This document shows positions 61,556 to 64,000 of a stretch of DNA of 64,000 nucleotides, piece after piece. The notes under the pieces are model-generated. The model saw nothing but the letters and a program-made list of their open reading frames with translations. It searched no databases and was not told the DNA's origin. Every line of letters starts with the position of its first letter. Within the stretch, counting starts at the first letter, position 1. Location of the stretch: the NCBI GenBank assembly GCA_047967505.1, contig CM106538.1; one strand, given 5' to 3'. The translations under genes and the position numbers were made by a program. The stretch comes from Dipteris shenzhenensis. Taxonomy: Eukaryota.

Positions 61556-64000
61556 ATGAGCTTACACCTTGTCTCCTGGAACGTGAACGGGTTTCATTCT
61601 TCTAGCACCCGTGGTCCTAGGAAGCTCATCTTGAGACACGAACTTCAACCAGTAGTGATTGGTCGCTTGGATATACTCCTGCTCCAGGAGCATAAGCTTT
61701 TAGTGGCTCATACCCGTAGTTGCGGGAAGATCCTCCCTGGACGCTCTCACACTTATTGGGAGCCCTCGATCGATGCACAAGTGAGGAGTGGCGGTGTCTG
61801 CACTTTCGTTTGCGAGTCATTTGCCCAGGGAGTTTTTGGCCATGGTACATTGATCCCAGGCCGTGCACTTTGGGTTGGTCTAGAGTTGGAGGGCTCCAAA
61901 CCTCAACATCTATGCACCCACAGACCTCTGATGCAGAGCCACCTTCTGGAGGACACTCATAGAGATTCTCCCAGACATGGATTCGTGGATTGTTGGAGGT
62001 GACTTCAACAATCTGGAGACTTTGGAGGACCAGCAGGGTAGAGGACCAGAGTTTACAAGTATAGCTTAGGCAGAGCAATCCGCTTGGGACTCCTTTATCT
62101 TCATGACAGGAGGTAGGGACAGCTGGAGAGACCCGTCCTTCCGCCGATGGCATGGGAGCTTGGACTTCTTGTGGGGCTTCCGTAGGGAAGGAGGCAGACT
62201 CCTGGAGAGACTGGACAGATTTTATGTCAGTGATTGGGCCATCAGCAGAGGTGGTCAAGTGGGTGTAGTGCCAGGGATGACACTCTCCGACCACGCGCCA
62301 GTGCTCTTATCACTAGACTCGGCAGCTCAGTCCCTTCCTCCCCGTTCGTGCAGGATTCCTGATTCCATCTTCTCTAGGGAGGAGGTGCGCAATAGTATCG
62401 GTAGCCTTTGGGACAGAGATTGGGGCAAGTGCGTGGATCTGGTAGAGTCAGTGGCGCAGGCTCTACAGGAGTCCACCCAGATTTGCCAGCTCGCAGCCCT
62501 TCAGGTTTGCCAGGAGTGGTGGGGCAGAGAGAGAGCTCTTCGTAGGGACCTCGCCTCCATTCAGCGACTCCAGCAGGCAGCTCCAGGTTCGGAGGAGCTT
62601 CGGATCCAGGCCCTTCGTGCCAGAGCCCTTCTTGAGGAGACTCTCCAGCGTCGCTCAGAGTTTTCTTATCACGCCTCCCTCTTCTACTGGGCTCAGAAGG
62701 GCGACCGGATGAGCAAAGAGTTCTTCAGGACGCATGGCCAGAGGGCAGTAAGGTGACCAGCTTCGGAGTCTTAGGACAGTGGAGGGGCACATCGTTACCG
62801 ACCAAGAAGAGGTCTTGGGGTTGGCTACCGACTTCTATAGGATTCTTTTCCAGTAGGAGCAGCTTGCCCCCCGTACTAGACGTTCCCGCGAGGAGGTGTG
62901 GAGGCACATTCTAGCCCTTGTTCAGCCCAGCATGCAGACGACGTTGATGGCACCGTTCACCACTGTCGAGATGCAGGAGGCCTTGATGGCCATTGATGGG
63001 CAGAAATGCCCTGGCGAGGATGGGCTCTCTCGCGCTTTCTTCACCTCCTTCTAGGATCAGATCCATCAGCCCCTCCTAGCAGCCCTCCAGAGGATTTTCA
63101 GCAGCAGATATACGCTAGAGAGCCTCTCTTCGGGATTGATTTGCCTCATCCCGAAGGGAGGAGACCGACAGGAGATCCGTCAGTGGTGCCCGATCACTCT
63201 CCTCACCACTGCCTACAAAATCCTTGCCAAGATGATCAGCGCCAAAGTTTGGCCACTACTTCCTGACCTCATTCATGACACTCAGATAGGCTTTGTCCAG
63301 GATCGCAGTATCCTGGATAATGTCTTCACCTTCTCAGAGGTGACGGAGTGGGCTCAGCACAGCGGGTCGCACTTAGCCATCCTACTTCTTGACTTTGAGA
63401 AGGCCTATGATCGAGTGGACTGGTCCTTCTTGGAGGGTACTTTGGAGAGACTAGGATTCCCAGTAGGATGGATTCAGGGTATCTCAGCGTTATACAGGAC
63501 AGCTTCCAGCAGGGTCATCATCGGTGGCAAGATGGGAGAGCGATTTCGATTGGAGAGATCAGTGCGTCAGGGTTGCCCCCTCGCTCCTTACCTATTTCTC
63601 TTCTTCACCGAGGCGATGACATACTATCTTCGGGCGAGGTCGACAGGGATCCGGGGTGTTCGCCTTCCCATCAGGGAGGACACGGAGCTCCTAGACTCGG
63701 AGTATGCAGATGACACAGCGCTATATGTTCAAGATGATGAGATGATGCTGGAGAGAGTGAGGCTGGCCTTAGAGGTCTTCTGCTCAGCAGCCGGTGTGAA
63801 AATCAACTGGAATTAATCAGTTCGTTTTCTCACAAACCCTGGGGCATGCTCACAGTGGGGGAGGTTTTTGGGTTTCAGATGGATCCCGCGGGGGCAGACT
63901 GCTAGATATCTCGGCTTTCAGGTCGGCCTGGACATCACGCCAACTCAGCAGTTTCTCCCGGTGCTAGATTCCATTCGACGGAAGCTGGCTTTCTGGAGCA
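61556..64000 (+). pseudogene. LINE ORF2 (APE endonuclease + RT)
   Basis: LVSWNVNG, LLQEHK, GGDFN, RLDRFYV, SDHAP; LDFEKAYDRVDW, RQGCPLAPYLF, EYADD; several stops. Confidence 0.93.

Larger units (their letters stand above)
58921..64000 (+). mobile_element. Near full-length L1-type LINE (5' UTR, ORF1, ORF2), decayed, runs off the right edge
   Basis: C-rich repeat 5' UTR, ORF1 with zinc knuckle, ORF2 with APE endonuclease and RT. Confidence 0.95.

Overview
Plant nuclear DNA, repeat-dense, probably from a fern or other non-seed vascular plant (inferred from the LINE families, very long TE-filled introns and the virus type). Only two host genes are visible: a divergent pair of ABC subfamily A transporter 5' ends (ABCA2-like on minus, exons 1-2 at 8349-9208; ABCA7-like on plus, exon 1 at 21993-22109). 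Their remaining exons are not found here, so most of the window is probably intron. The rest is nested, decayed LINEs, Copia/Gypsy LTR elements, a Mutator-like transposase with a SWIM finger and a hAT-type MITE. The main feature is a cluster at 32.1-58.9 kb of rearranged endogenous caulimovirid (plant pararetrovirus) copies in both orientations. Together they cover MP, CP, AP, RT, RNase H, the intergenic promoter and the tRNA-Met PBS. Every virus/non-virus outer junction not cut by a later LINE (6 of 6) abuts plant telomeric (TTTAGGG)n repeats.
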